From Callorhinchus milii (Eukaryota): a stretch of DNA of 64,000 nt. The stretch is taken from NCBI RefSeq assembly GCF_018977255.1, contig NW_024704756.1:11780001-11844000 (forward strand). The letters run 5' to 3'. Below the pieces are notes generated by a model. That model did no database searches. It saw only the letters and a program-made list of their open reading frames with translations, and was not told where the DNA came from. Below, piece after piece: positions 1 through 13,857 of the stretch (positions are counted from its first letter, which is position 1; each line of letters opens with the position of its first letter). A program made the translations under genes and the position numbers.

Positions 1-580
1 TTTTGCATTTTTAAGGCGACACTGAATGGCTCTCATTTGCCTCCTGGAAAAATTGCCCTCTGATTCATAATGTAACTTTAAGCTCACACCCAAAGAACAG
101 CCACTTAGGTGAGTAAACAGTGGACTGATAGTACTTAAACAGCCATCAGTGTTTTAGTACTATCTGCAAGAGTCAGAGTCTTCAGGTGAAATGGAGGGAG
201 TTTGTGGAGGGAGGGAGTGGGGTGTTAACATAGCCAAAGGGTTGTACCGTGAGCCAAGTTCAGAAAGCACATTGTTAAAGATAGTTGCAAATGCACTGCA
301 GTGGAAATCAGAAATGCAATGATATACTGTGTTCTATATTACTTTATCATAAACACACACACACACACAGGTATCTTCAATACATTGCTGCAAAAAGGAA
401 AATGTTCCATAAAATCATCAACTAACTTTAATGAAGGGTCATGATTGCTCCAGATTAGCCACTTTACCAATATTCCTGTATTTTAACATCACCACCACCA
501 ACAGCAACTAATTACATTTGTATAGCACATTCCACGTCGGGAGGACATCCCAAAGAGCTATACAACATCATGCAGTTAGG

Positions 581-772
581 ACAACAACAACTTGCATTTA
601 TATAGCGTCCTTCACGCGGGGTAGCGTCCGGAGCTCTTGACAGTGGCAGAGTGTGACCCCCAGCCAGGGTGAGAGGGAGGGGGGAGATGACAGTAAGCAG
701 GATCAAAAAGCAAGGTCTTCAGGCAGGATTTGAAAATAGAAAGGGAGGGGGCAAGACAGAGGGAGGGATTCC
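581..772 (-). mobile_element. L2-clade LINE 3' end fragment
   Basis: Reverse strand reads an ORF2-like C-terminus (SIFKSCLKTLLFDPAY), then a C-rich 3' UTR, stem-loop ACGC-tacccc-GCGT, GCTATATAAATGCAAG and a (TTG)n tail. A second short tail with a CTCCC loop lies at ~499-560. Confidence 0.75.
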
Positions 773-3700
773 TGTATAAGGAATGAAACTTCAGTAATAG
801 AAGCGTTGCTGTTATGTTAAGTAATATTTAAATACACAGGGTTATTGAAATTCACCAGGGCTTTAGATCATAGGCAGCTCTTTGCTCTTGGTTTTGAGCA
901 TTTGTATCCAGTTTGGCAGTGAAGAAAGCTCTCCTAATATAGAGCAAAACTTGAAATGGCCTTTTCCAGTACACGCAGTATGTCCTTGTTATCGGGGAGG
1001 GGAGCCTTCGTTAGTTGGTTAATTGATTTTAAAATCAAATTTGTTGAGGAAAGCTGGGACAGATCGCTGTCTGTTTGCATCAGGTTTTTTTATGGCTTGT
1101 AAAACCAGCTGGCAGGAGCCAAACAATGCAGCTAGTGTATCGTTAATTCCAAAAGATCAATTATTTTGGATGAAGGTTTTGTTTTTACTCTGCTCGCCCC
1201 AGCATCCTAGAAAATCAAACCAATTTTCCTTTGGGAACTGTCAAAGGGCTAGGTTCCCTCCCCTGTTATTTCCTCTGTAATTAGAAACTCCTCTTCCCAA
1301 TTGCAGCATATCTCTGGTATCACTTTGGTGTGTATAGCTTGGTATAATCAGCCTACATGCTTTTAGCACAGTAATTGCTTTAGCAAATAGAGGTTAAATG
1401 TGAGTTAAAATATATTTTTAATTGACTGCCAACATGTTTCATGTTATTATTTTTTCAATACAATTCTAAGGTGGCATTAAACTGCAGCCAGGGATTTGAT
1501 CACTTTTTTTTGCCCAAAATGATTTTTTAAAATCCGATTACTACTGTCAAGTACTTGGGCTCAAGTATGATTTGTATGTGGACCAGGCCCATGTGAAATA
1601 GCTGTTTCCTCATTAACACAGACACTGTGTTAATACTGATGTGATACCATTTGTATGCAAGAATAAGAATTGTAATCAATCTGGGTTAGAATACATTTCA
1701 CTGTTGAAATGCATTGATAAGGGCTATTTTCACAAAGTGTGGAATCATATGCTACAGCAAAATCACTCTTGCCTTTGAAAGATAGCGAATTGTATTAGAA
1801 TTTGATTGTGGTGCATTTTGTCATGGCAGTACATTATTTGTGCAATTCAAGTGAAGATGCCTCTATAGAAGAAATAGTATCAAAACAAGCAGCTGGTACC
1901 TATAAGAGCTGCTCCAAATTATGCCATTAGTTTTTCAAATGCATCAGGTAATCCGACAACATCGTTTCTTGAGCATTATAGCATTGCTTTGTCTTTTTAA
2001 AATGTTCCAGCAACTTTTTTTTTGGGGGGGTGGGGGTCGCGGAGGTGAAAAGGGGCATTTGGGGGACATTTGCTGTGCAAATTTAAAAGCTCCCTAAAAT
2101 GCTTGTTCGAATATCTTAGATCCTCGCCTTTACATCACGCCTTTATTTAACTCAACTCTGCTTGGGGCCACAATATTTTATTACAGGTCAGATGAGATCC
2201 AACTTTTCCACCGTTATGACTGAATGGTTTACAAAGCAAGTTCCACTTATAACCCGATTGTATGTTATGGATTTCAATTTTTAATTTCACAGGTCTCTTA
2301 TTTCATTGCAATGTAGCATACTAATTGGGACCACTTCCCTACTGTCTTTCGATGTGCCAAAATGTACCACTTACCTTACATACAATCAGCTAAGCAGCAG
2401 AAACCCACATGCATTAGCACTGTCACTGCTACTATTGTTGCTGCTGCTCCCATGGTTACTTCACACAGAATAAATACTTCTTCCTTTATTTTAAACACGT
2501 CAGAAACTACTGAGAGCTACCACAATACATCCTGGACATTTGTTTCACATTAATAACACTTTTTCGAGCAGGTTCTTTATTTAGCACACAAATTATTCAA
2601 TACTAGTACTGATGTGATTAAAAAGGATATTTTAGTCCCAAAACCTTATGTGGTTCAATATAGAAAATTATGAGAGACTGATGAAAATAATTAGAAAAAA
2701 GTCCTGCAGATTCACTTCAAGGGATAAGGTTGAATTTGGATATTAAAGTAGTCTTTTTTTTAAGATTATGTATAAAATCTGAGAATAATCAAAGGACAGA
2801 TGTCAGTAGATTAAAAATAATAAATTTAGAGTGGATTAGCAGCTCCAAACTCTGTTTCAGGAATGTGCACGAGGATATTAGTTTGTCTGAAAGAAATGCA
2901 AATGAATAAACTACTGTACTTCACACTGCTTCTTTATTCATATACATCTCCCGAGGAATAATTACTGCAACAAAATCTGTCTGGAACACTGCAAATGGGC
3001 ATCAGTCATGTTACATGAGCGTTCCTTCTCAACTACACCAAAAATACACAAAAAAACCTAAATAAACACAGCATGGTCCAACTTGACGAACTCTGTCGAA
3101 GAAAAAAAAAACTTTGAACTCTTCTTAATTATAATAAAATTATTTGGCAATAGAATACTCCAGTTCGCAAACTGATTACCAATCTCCTGCACTGTAAATT
3201 CCACTCTTTTGAAGCAATACAGTGATTGAGACACATCGCTCAGTACGTATTGTACCAGCAGTGCCCAGGAGATGTGAAATTCCATGCAATGCCTCCGTAC
3301 TCAAAATGTCAGCCAAGTAATGGAAATTAGGTGCTCAGTGATTTTTTTCACTCACATTTTTGTCACAAATAGAGCAGTTTATTGCTGGAAGAGCATTTAT
3401 ACAGGGGCTGAATCCAATTTGCTCCAATTCAGTATAATGGTGACATCAGTGCTTGACAGCTCATTCATGAAGGAATGTGTCTTTTAATGTAGGGATTAAT
3501 GACATTCTTTTTCCTACTGAAGCATTTAATTTATTTCCACGATTCTGAGATGACAATTAGAATATTTACTTCAGATTTCAACGTATAAAACTTTAATGTG
3601 CAGAGTTAAAATAATCACTGTTTTTTTTCTGTGACACGAATAGCATGTAGCTGAGTGGTCAAAATCATAATATTGGATTTAGTATGATTTATGCATGTGT

Positions 3701-4496
3701 GTTAAATGCCAATAGATACAGAGTTTCCCATTCTTTTCATAAAAAATATTTTGACATGATCGTCAATACTGAAATACTTCACTCGTGTTTACGTGCAGTT
3801 TTGAGGATGCAGAAGGGTTTCATAGAACAAGCTCCCTTGTGATAACCAATTGTCACAGACATTAGAAACACGTTCATTATTTCTCATCATACAATGCAAG
3901 CCCTGGTTATTAGTTTCTGTTGACTATCAAGGAATGGTGTTGCTATCAACTACAATGATAGTGTTTAATTGGTTGATGGTTAGAGAAGGAGGAAAGAAAT
4001 ACTGGCATACCCATGGGATGCGGTAAACGATCCAGTGATAGAAAGTGAACCCACACCTATGTTCTTCATTGTAAGCCTTGATCTTTCAAGAGCATTGGCT
4101 CTCTTCCAGTATCTCACCCAAGTAAAGAATCTTCACACGGGTGCTGTGAATATGAGCATCAGCTGGCTTTTGAATAATACACTGCTTACATTTGATGTAT
4201 CACCTATGACATCAAATGTCTCAAAGCATTTCACAGGTAGATATTGTCAATGTAATGACTGTATTTTTTAGGGCATGACAGCCAAGGAAGATTTTGGTTC
4301 TCATTCAACATCCCCAGGTTCACATTCCCTTCATCTGTGACCCTTGTTAAGATGTATTATAACATAATACGACATATGGAACATAAGTACTTACCCTATT
4401 CCATCATAAATCATGCCAATTAAACCTAAATAATTTACTATTTAAAACAAATGACAGTTTCCCACTAAAGTATGGATATTTGTGTTTCAATTTGTC

Positions 4497-5135
4497 CATG
4501 TTCCCTAACTGTTTCTATTTTTCCATATCTTTGGCTCCTTCCCCACCCCCTATTCACTCACTCATTGCTTATTTAAATACATGTTCTTGCTCTCTGCCTG
4601 CACTGATCTCCTCTCACTTTCAGTCCCATCTTTTGGTCTGGATTAGCAGCACCACAGAATACTCTTTTATTCTTACAAGGCTTCACAATGCTGTCCTCTT
4701 GTTATCTTAGCTCGTGCTTTCGAACACCAAAGGATTTTTTTTTTTTCCCTTTTTGTATCGGAGCTAAGGCGTAATCCTGCAAAGCTCAACATCACAACAA
4801 AACGACCTGGCTGGTTGAGTTCACAGTGCCAATTGTCACTTTTCCTGTAAAGCATCACGAAGCAAAAACAAATACAATATGTTCCATCAGGATTACTCCT
4901 CGGCTCAGGTACAAAAAGACTCCTTTGGTGTTAGGGATCGTGAGCCGAAGATAACAAGAGCAGCAACACAGGGAAAGGCTGAAAGAATAAAGAGCGCCTT
5001 TTGGTATTATGCAACTAATCCAAACCAAAAGATTGGGAACAAAGTGAGAGGAAATGGGTACAAGCTCGGAAGGGAGAGATTGTATCAAAACAGTTTTTAA
5101 AAAATAAATGATAACAGTGCACGGAAACACGATGA
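4497..5135. repeat. Long imperfect inverted repeat (foldback), probably an ancient MITE-like element
   Basis: Arms of 200+ bp pair around a spacer at 4780-4887. Examples: TTTTTGTATCGGAGCTAAGGCGTAATCCTG versus revcomp TTTTTGTACCTGAGCCGAGGAGTAATCCTG; AACACCAAAGGA and CTCTTGTTATCTT occur in both arms. Confidence 0.8.
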
Positions 5136-5468
5136 ATGTGTCTGGGCATTCCCAATAGTGGGTCGTTAGATACCGAGGTCTGAGTTTCCTCATATCCATT
5201 CACTGCGTATATAAGAGTAAATTTGGAATCTTTTGACAAAGAAATGGGACAGTAGTTGTCAGTATATTACATGCTTCAGTGTTAAAGTTAACTTTAATAT
5301 AACTAATATAGATATAGAATTTAGGATATTAATTACATGTTCTTAACAAGTTGTTGAGAAGAATGTCAACAACTGCCTTTTTTTTAAAACTAACATTTTT
5401 TAGATGCTTTTCCCCACGTCCTCTCCCCCTCTCCCCTTCCATGTTCAATTGATAGTCACTGCCTCATG

Positions 5469-5530
5469 TAAAATTCTGGTGTAAAATATATAAATATATA
5501 TATATTTATATATTTTACACCAGAATTTTA
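5469..5530. repeat. Perfect 62-bp AT-rich palindrome
   Basis: TAAAATTCTGGTGTAAAATATATAAATATAT is followed directly by its exact reverse complement, with no spacer. Confidence 0.95.
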
Positions 5531-5535
5531 TAAAG

Positions 5536-5632
5536 CCTTGCATTTGATATAGCGCCTTATCACGTCTTTGAGATGTCTAAAGCGCTTCACAGAATATACT
5601 GTAAAGTGAATTGATTGTAAATTTTGTGGGCG
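5536..5632 (-). mobile_element. 3' fragment of tRNA/Deu SINE (older tail type)
   Basis: Matches the 3' ~100 bp of the full copies and lacks the (ATT)n tail. A more decayed Deu SINE on + follows at ~5750-5945. Confidence 0.85.
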
Positions 5633-6258
5633 ATCTATGTAGGGTTAGTTGATTTCAGCCACACACGTGTTACCAATGTTCCTGACCACTATCTGGTGAG
5701 CTTTGGGTCCCTTGGAGCCATGGGTCAATGTTAGGTGCTTTTAGAATGAATGGAGTTTCTCCTGACCAACAATCCTCCACATAAATTGACATTCACTTTG
5801 TAGCTCTTTGTGGGCCACTGCTGTGTGCAAATTGGCTTTCATGGGTTTACCTTACAAATACACTTCTACAAATAAAAGTACACATACTATGAATCACTTT
5901 GAGACATTTTGATGTGATAAGGTAAAATGCCAAATGCAAGAATCCTAAATAAAATGTGAATGCGACGTAGAACTAAGCCACGAGGTGTGTGTGATCAACG
6001 ATCGCAATCAAAACAAGGTTTCCAATTAGTTTTCAACCCTCATGAGTTATGATAGCAATCAACAGAACAGGTTGAATGTACTATTATACACAGGTTTAGG
6101 CAAACTGGACCATTTGCAAAAAGGTACTTTATAATATAAATGATACAATATTGTGATCTGCAGCTGCAGGCAGTATTCACATCAGCCTCCTGTTTTATTT
6201 TTTTCCCACTCGACCTCAAAATAGTGGAGATCTGAGATTGGTTGTATTTTCTCAATTG

Positions 6259-6383
6259 CCCTCCACCCTCCCCGATCCCGACCCCCAGCTCAGGTCCAAG
6301 ACTTTGATTGTCCAGCGCCTTGGGATGTCCTCCCGACGTGAAAGGTGCTATACAAATGTAATTTTGCTGCTGCTGCTGTTGTT
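6259..6383 (+). mobile_element. L2-type 3' end with CTCCC-loop hairpin
   Basis: C-rich upstream segment unlike the SINE body, then AGCGCCTTGGGATGTCCTCCCGACGTGAAAGGTGCT and a (TGC/TTG)n tail. Confidence 0.6.
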
Positions 6384-6425
6384 CAGAGCACTCTTTTTTT
6401 TAAAACATTGTTTCAGATTATATTG

Positions 6426-6740
6426 GAACATAGGAACCGGAGTTGGCCATTCAGACCCTCGAGCCTGTTTCACCATTCTATTGGATCATTTCCTGATTTG
6501 TACCTCAACTCCAATCACCCACCTTTGCCCCATATCCCTTGATACCCTTACTTACCTAACAACAATCTATCCACCTCAATCTTGAATATTTGAATGGATC
6601 CAGCATCCACAGCCTTTTGGGGGAGAGAGTTCCAGATTTCCACTATTCTTTGCGTGAGAATTCTTTCCAATTTCACTCCTAAATAGCCCAGCTTTAATTT
6701 TAAGATTATACCCCCTCGTTCTGGATTTCTCCCACTAGAG
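6426..6740 (-). mobile_element. CR1 LINE 3' fragment
   Basis: Reverse complement is similar to the CR1 3' ends at 31336-31870 and 53700-54023 (GGCTCGAGGG..GAATGGCC..CTCC..TCCTATGTTC). Confidence 0.85.
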
Positions 6741-8251
6741 TCTCCACCAATTAACTCTCAACAGATTTACTTTCTGCTGGAAAATGCATATATTGTTGAA
6801 AAAGGGTGTTACCTGAAACTCGTATATTTTCACAAGTACAGAATAGTTGTATTAAGTTAGGAAGACATTTTTATAGGGGGGGTGGGGAGAGATGAGGTTG
6901 GGAGGAACATAAAATCATGCAAAAATGCATGGAGTAGTATAATTTATTCTCATGTGTAGAGCTTGTGCTCATAATAAATCAATTTAAATGACTGTGTACA
7001 CGCACAATTCTGGGATTTATCCTTTTTGATTAAACATGAAGATGGGCTTATAAATATTATAAGGTTTTTGGCACTTGGGGGTCTATACATCATGGTTTTT
7101 AATTGTTAAATACATAAATCAAACTGTACATCACATGGGCTTATCCTACTAATGGCAAGACAGAGATATTTAAAATGGATCATCTGAAGTAGAGAGAAAT
7201 GAAAGAGAGAAAGAGTATTTATGAGTTGTACTTTAAGTCTGATCAATTTTGCATGGACTATTATGCTTAAAAAATATACAAATAATTGTTGTAAGGACTG
7301 TTTTCAGCCAGTTATTGAAACAGTGACTTGTCTTAAAGCCACCGCTGCCACCTGCTGGTGTTTTGCTGAAACAACCAGGAGCAGATTCGTTGAGTTAAAA
7401 GTACTTCACTCTTCCAATTTGTCATAATTTTCGTCCTCTCTTAAGTCCCTTACACCAAACACACTAAACGAGAACAAGGCAGGTGACTCGATCCCAAAGT
7501 TCTCCGAATGGCATATCGTCTCCATTTGATACTCTGTAAGTGGGTAGTCAGTGAACGACCTGTAGCCTATAGGCCTATGATGCAGAATATTTGACCATCG
7601 ATAAGATACCCACAACAGACCAAAAAAAACAACAGCAATTACACTCTCGTTACTTTAGTTTATTTCGCTTAACTTCAACGGGACTCTAGATCACAGGCAA
7701 GGTAGAATTTTCGCAGCCTAACCCATAATGATTGCTAGAAGGTTTGCGTGAGTGATTGGATATTTGATGAGGGCAGCTTGGCTGTATTGTGTGGTCAAAT
7801 AGACTGTTGCACTCAATGAGAAGTTGGGTTACATTTGGAAGAATTGACATTTGGGGAAAAGAAAGAGTTAAAATATTTTCCTAACGACATAATTTTCAAA
7901 ATGTAGAAATTGTATTGATAATGGATTGATCAGCTTGACGAGATTTGGCAATGTTTGTGATTAAATCTACAATAATATCAACTCGTACTTAAACCAATGT
8001 GACCCAAACATTTGAATGAGTTTAAACCAAAAAAGTTTAAGTACTATAGTGCCCTCTAGCTGTGAAATTCACACAACACAATAAAATGCAAAAAAAAAGG
8101 TTTGGATAAAGAGATGAATCTGCTGCTACCATATATTTCTAGGATTTCATTGTTACATCAATAGATTTGACCCACAAGTAAAATAAATGGAACTATATTC
8201 TTAAATACTGCATGCAAAATACATTAAATATTCATTTTCAATTATGGTCGC

Positions 8252-10700
8252 AGGGAATCATCCCACTAGGCTCCTGCTAAGCTGAAGCCCGATCCTAAGT
8301 GGTGCTAACTGGACAAGCAGCAGGAACCTTGCCAGTCAGTGTTCTCAATAACAAGCTTGTGGTTTTAGCTGTTAAACTCCAGCACAGATTTCAGAATCAC
8401 TGTGTGGTTTAAGAGCATCTGAAGAAAATGGTCTAATGTTTTCTTCACTAAGTGTTCTCTAAATAGGTTTGAAGGATATATTGACTGGGAAGCTGGAGTA
8501 AATGCAGACCTGCACCGAGATTCCAGCAAAGCACTTTGAGTTGTTATAATGACTGATATTTGAACATAATTTGAGAGGAGGATTGTTATTCGAATATCAA
8601 AAGGGTTTTTGCAGCTATTTTATAGGTGATTTCTCTAATAGAGTATGATGTGGTTGCAGCTGTCATTCAACAGTTATCTTTTGAATTATGAAGTCTAACT
8701 GAGGGAGTCAACAATTTGTACCTACACTACAACAGTTAAACCATCTAATTCACAGATGCTCAAGTCACGTTTGAGTGCAGGTACATCCAGTAGCTTGGAG
8801 TCCAGGAAAGTACCTGAGCAACCACATTGGTAGAGGATAGTATCTATTTGAACAACTGATCACTCTTTTTGTATAATAATTGCAATCATTAATTATTAAG
8901 TATGGGAATAAGATTTTTTCTCTCTCAGAAACATGTAACACATTATATAATTGTTGTCATTAGTTCATGGGTCAAAGCAAAGCATTTTGCATAGTCGTAG
9001 GAGACCATTCAACACGTGATGCCCACTCTATGATTTTGCTGAGGGCAATTTTCAGTATAATAACAGAGCTTTGAACAACAAAAAGATAAAGTAGGATTCT
9101 TAATCACTTGAATTCCTTGGGAGCATCATTCCAATGCGATTTCCGGGAATGGAGTTCCTGCAATCAATGGGAAAATTTCTGACAAATCACGCTAACAGTC
9201 AGTTACTGATTTAAAAAAAAACCAACAGAATGGGGAGAAATGAAAAGACCATGTAAGCAAATACATTGAGATCTTGATCCTAAATTTGCTCTTCAGTTTT
9301 GACGTGTTGCCAATTGGAAGATCTGCTGGATTGGTCAATTTGAGCGATTGCAACCTCCATTGCAATTGTTTCTGTGAGCAACGAAACCCATTGAACAAAT
9401 CAATACTTTCAAGGAATAGAAACTGCTTCTGCTTAATTCTCAAAATAGACAAGAAAATGCAGTGGCATTCAAGAATTTTAAAGAAGTTGCATTGTTTTAA
9501 GATCACTGTAAATCCAAGAGATAGTCAGCAGCAGTTTACAAATTGATTTGATAAGAGACGCTCAGTGATGCTGAGCAACATCAAGATCACTGTGTAAAAA
9601 AAAACAAAAATAATCTGCAACTGGATCCTTGAGAGGATCCAGTTTAAAATTATATACTTCAGTGAGTTATCCACATTAAGTTCTGAAACTGAGATGGAGA
9701 TGAAAAGGAATTTTAAGCCTCCGGCAGTGAAAAGAAAAAAAGGCAACTTCAACTCTTGTCACTATCATCCCTGCTACTAATATTTTACAGATGAATGGAA
9801 TCTGTATCCTGCTAAGAATAAGATGTACCATCCAACATATGTCATCACTGATGTTTTCTCACGGCGGATTGCTTGGCCCTTCCCATTGAAACTGTGGAAT
9901 CTACCAAAATATGTGGAAAAGTGGGTAATTAATCGTGTCTGCTATCCAATATTCAAAAAGCAAAGGCCTCAGGAGACAGATTCTGCTTGTGCAAGCATGA
10001 GCGAAGTTATTTCAAACCAAATCGATTAGCGTCAATGAGCAGAGCTCAAAGCCGTAAGATCTAACGATGATGTATGTTCCAGCTTTTCATCCTGTAGTTT
10101 GGCGAAATGACGCACAATTTCCCCCAAATTATTCAAAATTACATTTGCAAAAGAAAGTAGATGTGGATTCGAAACCATCTCCTCTAATAAATTGATGAAA
10201 CCAAATCCTTATTCAAACAATTTTTAAAAAAAACAAAATGCACTAGAATAAAGATCTGTAATAAATTCAATAAGTTCATTAATGGATTGGGAGGGAGACA
10301 AGGCAGGAAATATGGTATTACAGGAGAATTTGTATATCCCACCGTGTCAACCAGCCCAATGTAAACTACTTTCAATTAAGAAATACGTTGTTTCAGCAAT
10401 CCCCAAAGTGCAGCATAAACAGCTACGTCTGTGTATTTTCTAAACAAATACCTCAAGAGATTGTGGTATAAGGCTACAAATGTGTAAAAGAGAGGCAGAG
10501 ACAATGACAAGATGGATTTTGTGGAAAAAGGTGGCCTGAGATGAGCTGAGGCCTGAACAACTTCTTTTTCTAAACAGATAAAAGTTACATTTAAGAGTAT
10601 TGATATTGTTTTGGGAAGAGAGGAGAGTGCTGCATAAATCACACTGCTCGGATATGCAATGATATTAAGGTCACACATCTCCTTGTGGCTAGCCAAAGAG
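8252..10700 (+). mobile_element. Very old near-full-length non-LTR retrotransposon relic (5' leader + APE + RT; RTE-like layout)
   Basis: Motifs appear in the expected order across stops and frameshifts: IGDFSNRV (~8622, cf. GDFNARV), DEWNLYPAKNKDVPSNI (~9790), DLTMMYVPAFHPVVW (~10058, cf. DLxKAYDxVxHxxLW), KFNKFINGL (~10263), CGIRLQMCK and TFKSIDI (~10588). The leader is homologous to 58884-59022. Confidence 0.5.
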
Positions 10701-13700
10701 TTGCAATTAGTGGCAGCTTTTAAGAGGGTTTCTAGTTTGCTACCTTGAACAGAGGAATGGCACTACCGCCAGAGAAGAAAATTGGAGTATGTTTTGTGGA
10801 GATCCGCCAATGGAGAAAAGAGAAGTTAAAAAAAAACTAGAATTACTTGTCTTTTAAACAAAAAGCACGGAAGTGCACAAATTGAACTTCCTTCCTCTAC
10901 TCCTCCATCTCGCCTCCTTCCCCAACTTTAAATCCCACCTTATAACCTACCTCTTCAACCATGCTCATCATGACATCACACCCATTCCCCCATCCTGTTT
11001 TATGATGAGCCACCCTGACATCATGAAACACTCCAATTTTATTATTGCACCTGAAGGTACTATACCAAAGGAAGTGGTTATTGATATGTGCTAATTATTC
11101 TGTACTTGATTGCTTGACTCATCTTCAAGAGCTCAGTGTCGGGCAATACTTTCCCACAAGAAGAGAAAATGAGAAATTAACAATTAAGTCAACCCGTGTC
11201 ATTGCTACTCATTTCTTAGTTACCGGGGACATTAAAATGCATGAGGATCTGAAAACAACGCCCCTTCCTCAGCTAGAGAACAGCTTGGTGAGGTGGAGAA
11301 TCCAAGGAGCAACCATGTGAAAAAAAATAATGTAATGAAATCCAATTGTTTCCATGGGAGATCAGCAATATATTGCTAAGCAGTAGGAAAGTTACAAATG
11401 AGGTTTATTTTGGTGAGTCAGATTGATTTGACAGACCAAGCTGCCAACTAAGTAATAGAATCTTAGCTATTTGCAAAATAGGTCGGTAAAATTGTGTGGC
11501 CTTTTGAAGCAACAAGTCTTGAGGAATGTTATGGTGTTATTAGTTTCCATTGCAGGATAATGGGAAAAGTATGTATAATCTTACAGGCAAATACAGACTA
11601 AAATATATTGAATAAAAACTGAAAACATTACCAGTAGATGGTGCTGTAAGCTGACAGATTTGAAATCTGACGCAGACTTTTACAACAATGATGCAGGCAC
11701 TTTAATATGATTACAATCTGCGGCTTGCTCAGTGCAAAACAAAGCATAATCAGCATAATAAACCATATCAAGCTCCCAGCAGTATATCCCTCAGCTTTAT
11801 TATTACAAGCACACAAACCATCATTAGTACCAACATCTTATTGAAAGCTGCAACAGAGAAAATGCAGAAAGCAAACTATTCCATAAATACATGCTTCTTT
11901 GGCTCTTTTCACTAAGGTTGTGCAAAGTAATTTAAGATGTCTGCGTCTTAAATTTACTATTTACAATCAACTCATATGAATTTACTATTACCTGCGTCTC
12001 TAATCACCGGGTGTCATGTAACTGAAGAATGCTCTAGTTGTTTACATATTTAATCACAACAATAATAATCTTCAAAGAATTAACAAGGCTATCTGACTGG
12101 CTTCCAACTTAAATAAAAATTAAAAATGAAATCAGTTCAAGACTAATATTCTAGAAAAAATTCCTGCTGACCTATGAAACAGCATTTTGCATCAATCATT
12201 TATACATTCTATGAAAAGAGGCGAAACACATTTTTGGAGCTAGTACTCTCTCCTCAGAGGGAGGGGAAGGGAGGATTGTTTGGTGAGGCACCATGGCAGA
12301 GCCCTAGTTTGTCTTTGCCCAACCTCCACAGTTGCGTATTTCTGAAAGGGTCACTAGATAGTGATCACTCCTGACTGATTTTATCATTAATGTCATATAT
12401 ATAATATATATATAATGAGCTTAATGAGAAAATCAGCTAAGTTCAGATAACAGGGTCTAAGATTTGAACCTGTATCCTTCTGTTCAATATGAATATAACC
12501 ATTTGGCTACTCAATGGAATATAAATAAATATAAAAACACATAGAAGTTATCAGTAAATATCAAACACAAGCAAACATTAACTTTCTTTTTTTGTTACAA
12601 TAGAACCAAACCGAGTATAAAACATAAAGCTGAGCAAATTTCTCAGTCTTCATTCAGAACGATTCTAGAAGCTTCAGAGAGAATTGTATTAAAAAAGTGA
12701 ACCATTAACTTAACTCAACGCAACAATTTAAAAAACAAAGGAAGTTCAGGCCCATTGATTGTACAGAACACCTTAATAGAACAATGTTCAAATTTCATAT
12801 CAGTAATATCTTTTTGTCTCTTCAAACAAACTATTTGTACTGTATTTTTTCTGGTTTCCAATATGCTGACTGTTCCATACGCATAAGGAATGCAAGATAA
12901 TCAAAATGGAGTAACTGGAATTCCAGTTAATTTCCAAAATCCTTTGAGTGGCGAGCGAACAGGCAGCAGATTGTTTATTTAACGCACTTGAATTAAACAT
13001 TTAATTTTGCTTGTACAACAAAGTAATAAATCAAGAAACTAAAAGCTATTTCTGTTTCAGTACAGCTTCGGGAAATAAATGTGCTCCTGTAACCTTGTGC
13101 TGTAAAATGGATTAAAGCCAATTTAAACCAGGATTAAATGCAATCTCTGGGATAGATTACAATCAACTCATATGAATGGTATAATAAAGAACGTGTCTTC
13201 TCAGCCTCAATTGTGAAAGCACTTCTATTTTTTCCTAGCATCGAGAGCAGGCATTCAGATGCAAATAGCTTTTGGTTTCTGATTACCTTATAAAAATCAC
13301 TCCCCTATCAAATCAAATATATTTAGCTTATTCATATGCTCGCATATTGTATCATAAAATTAAATGTTTAATTTAAAATAGAATATTGAAAGATCACGAC
13401 CTACGTTTTTCAACCTGGACCTTTGGTTACCATATTACTTAAAGGTTCGTTAGTTTATCAGGTATTCTTTGTCATCAACTTAATTTCCGTGAAGGGTTTT
13501 GCTGATAGAGTCAGAGTGTCACTGATAAAAGTTGGCCAAGTTTGTGGGTTAAATGATCCTAGTCCTTCAGCAAACTGAACAGATGGGAATAGAAACAAAA
13601 AGTAAATGAAAGAGAATGTCAAAAATAAAAGTTTTGCTTCTATATATCAGATCAATTCATTTTAATGGAACGTTAGAGGTGAAAGCTGCAAGTTCAAAAT

Positions 13701-13857
13701 AGAAAATTGTAATAAAGAAATGAGGGCAAACTGTATTAATGATTAATAATACTTTCAAAGACTTACAACACAACACTTAGGGTTATGTAGCATATCCTTT
13801 GCACAGACAGAATGGAGAGGAGAGTATTTGACTACTGGTGAATAGGAAGCAACGTAG

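Noticed and set aside
353-369. Short (AC)n tract and other (TA)n/(ATT)n runs
   Set aside because: Ordinary microsatellites or SINE tails.
8255-8310. AAGCCCG..AAGTGG and GCTAA resembling twister/HDV ribozyme cores
   Set aside because: The required helices and pseudoknots could not be built in this copy; kept only as a test on the family consensus.
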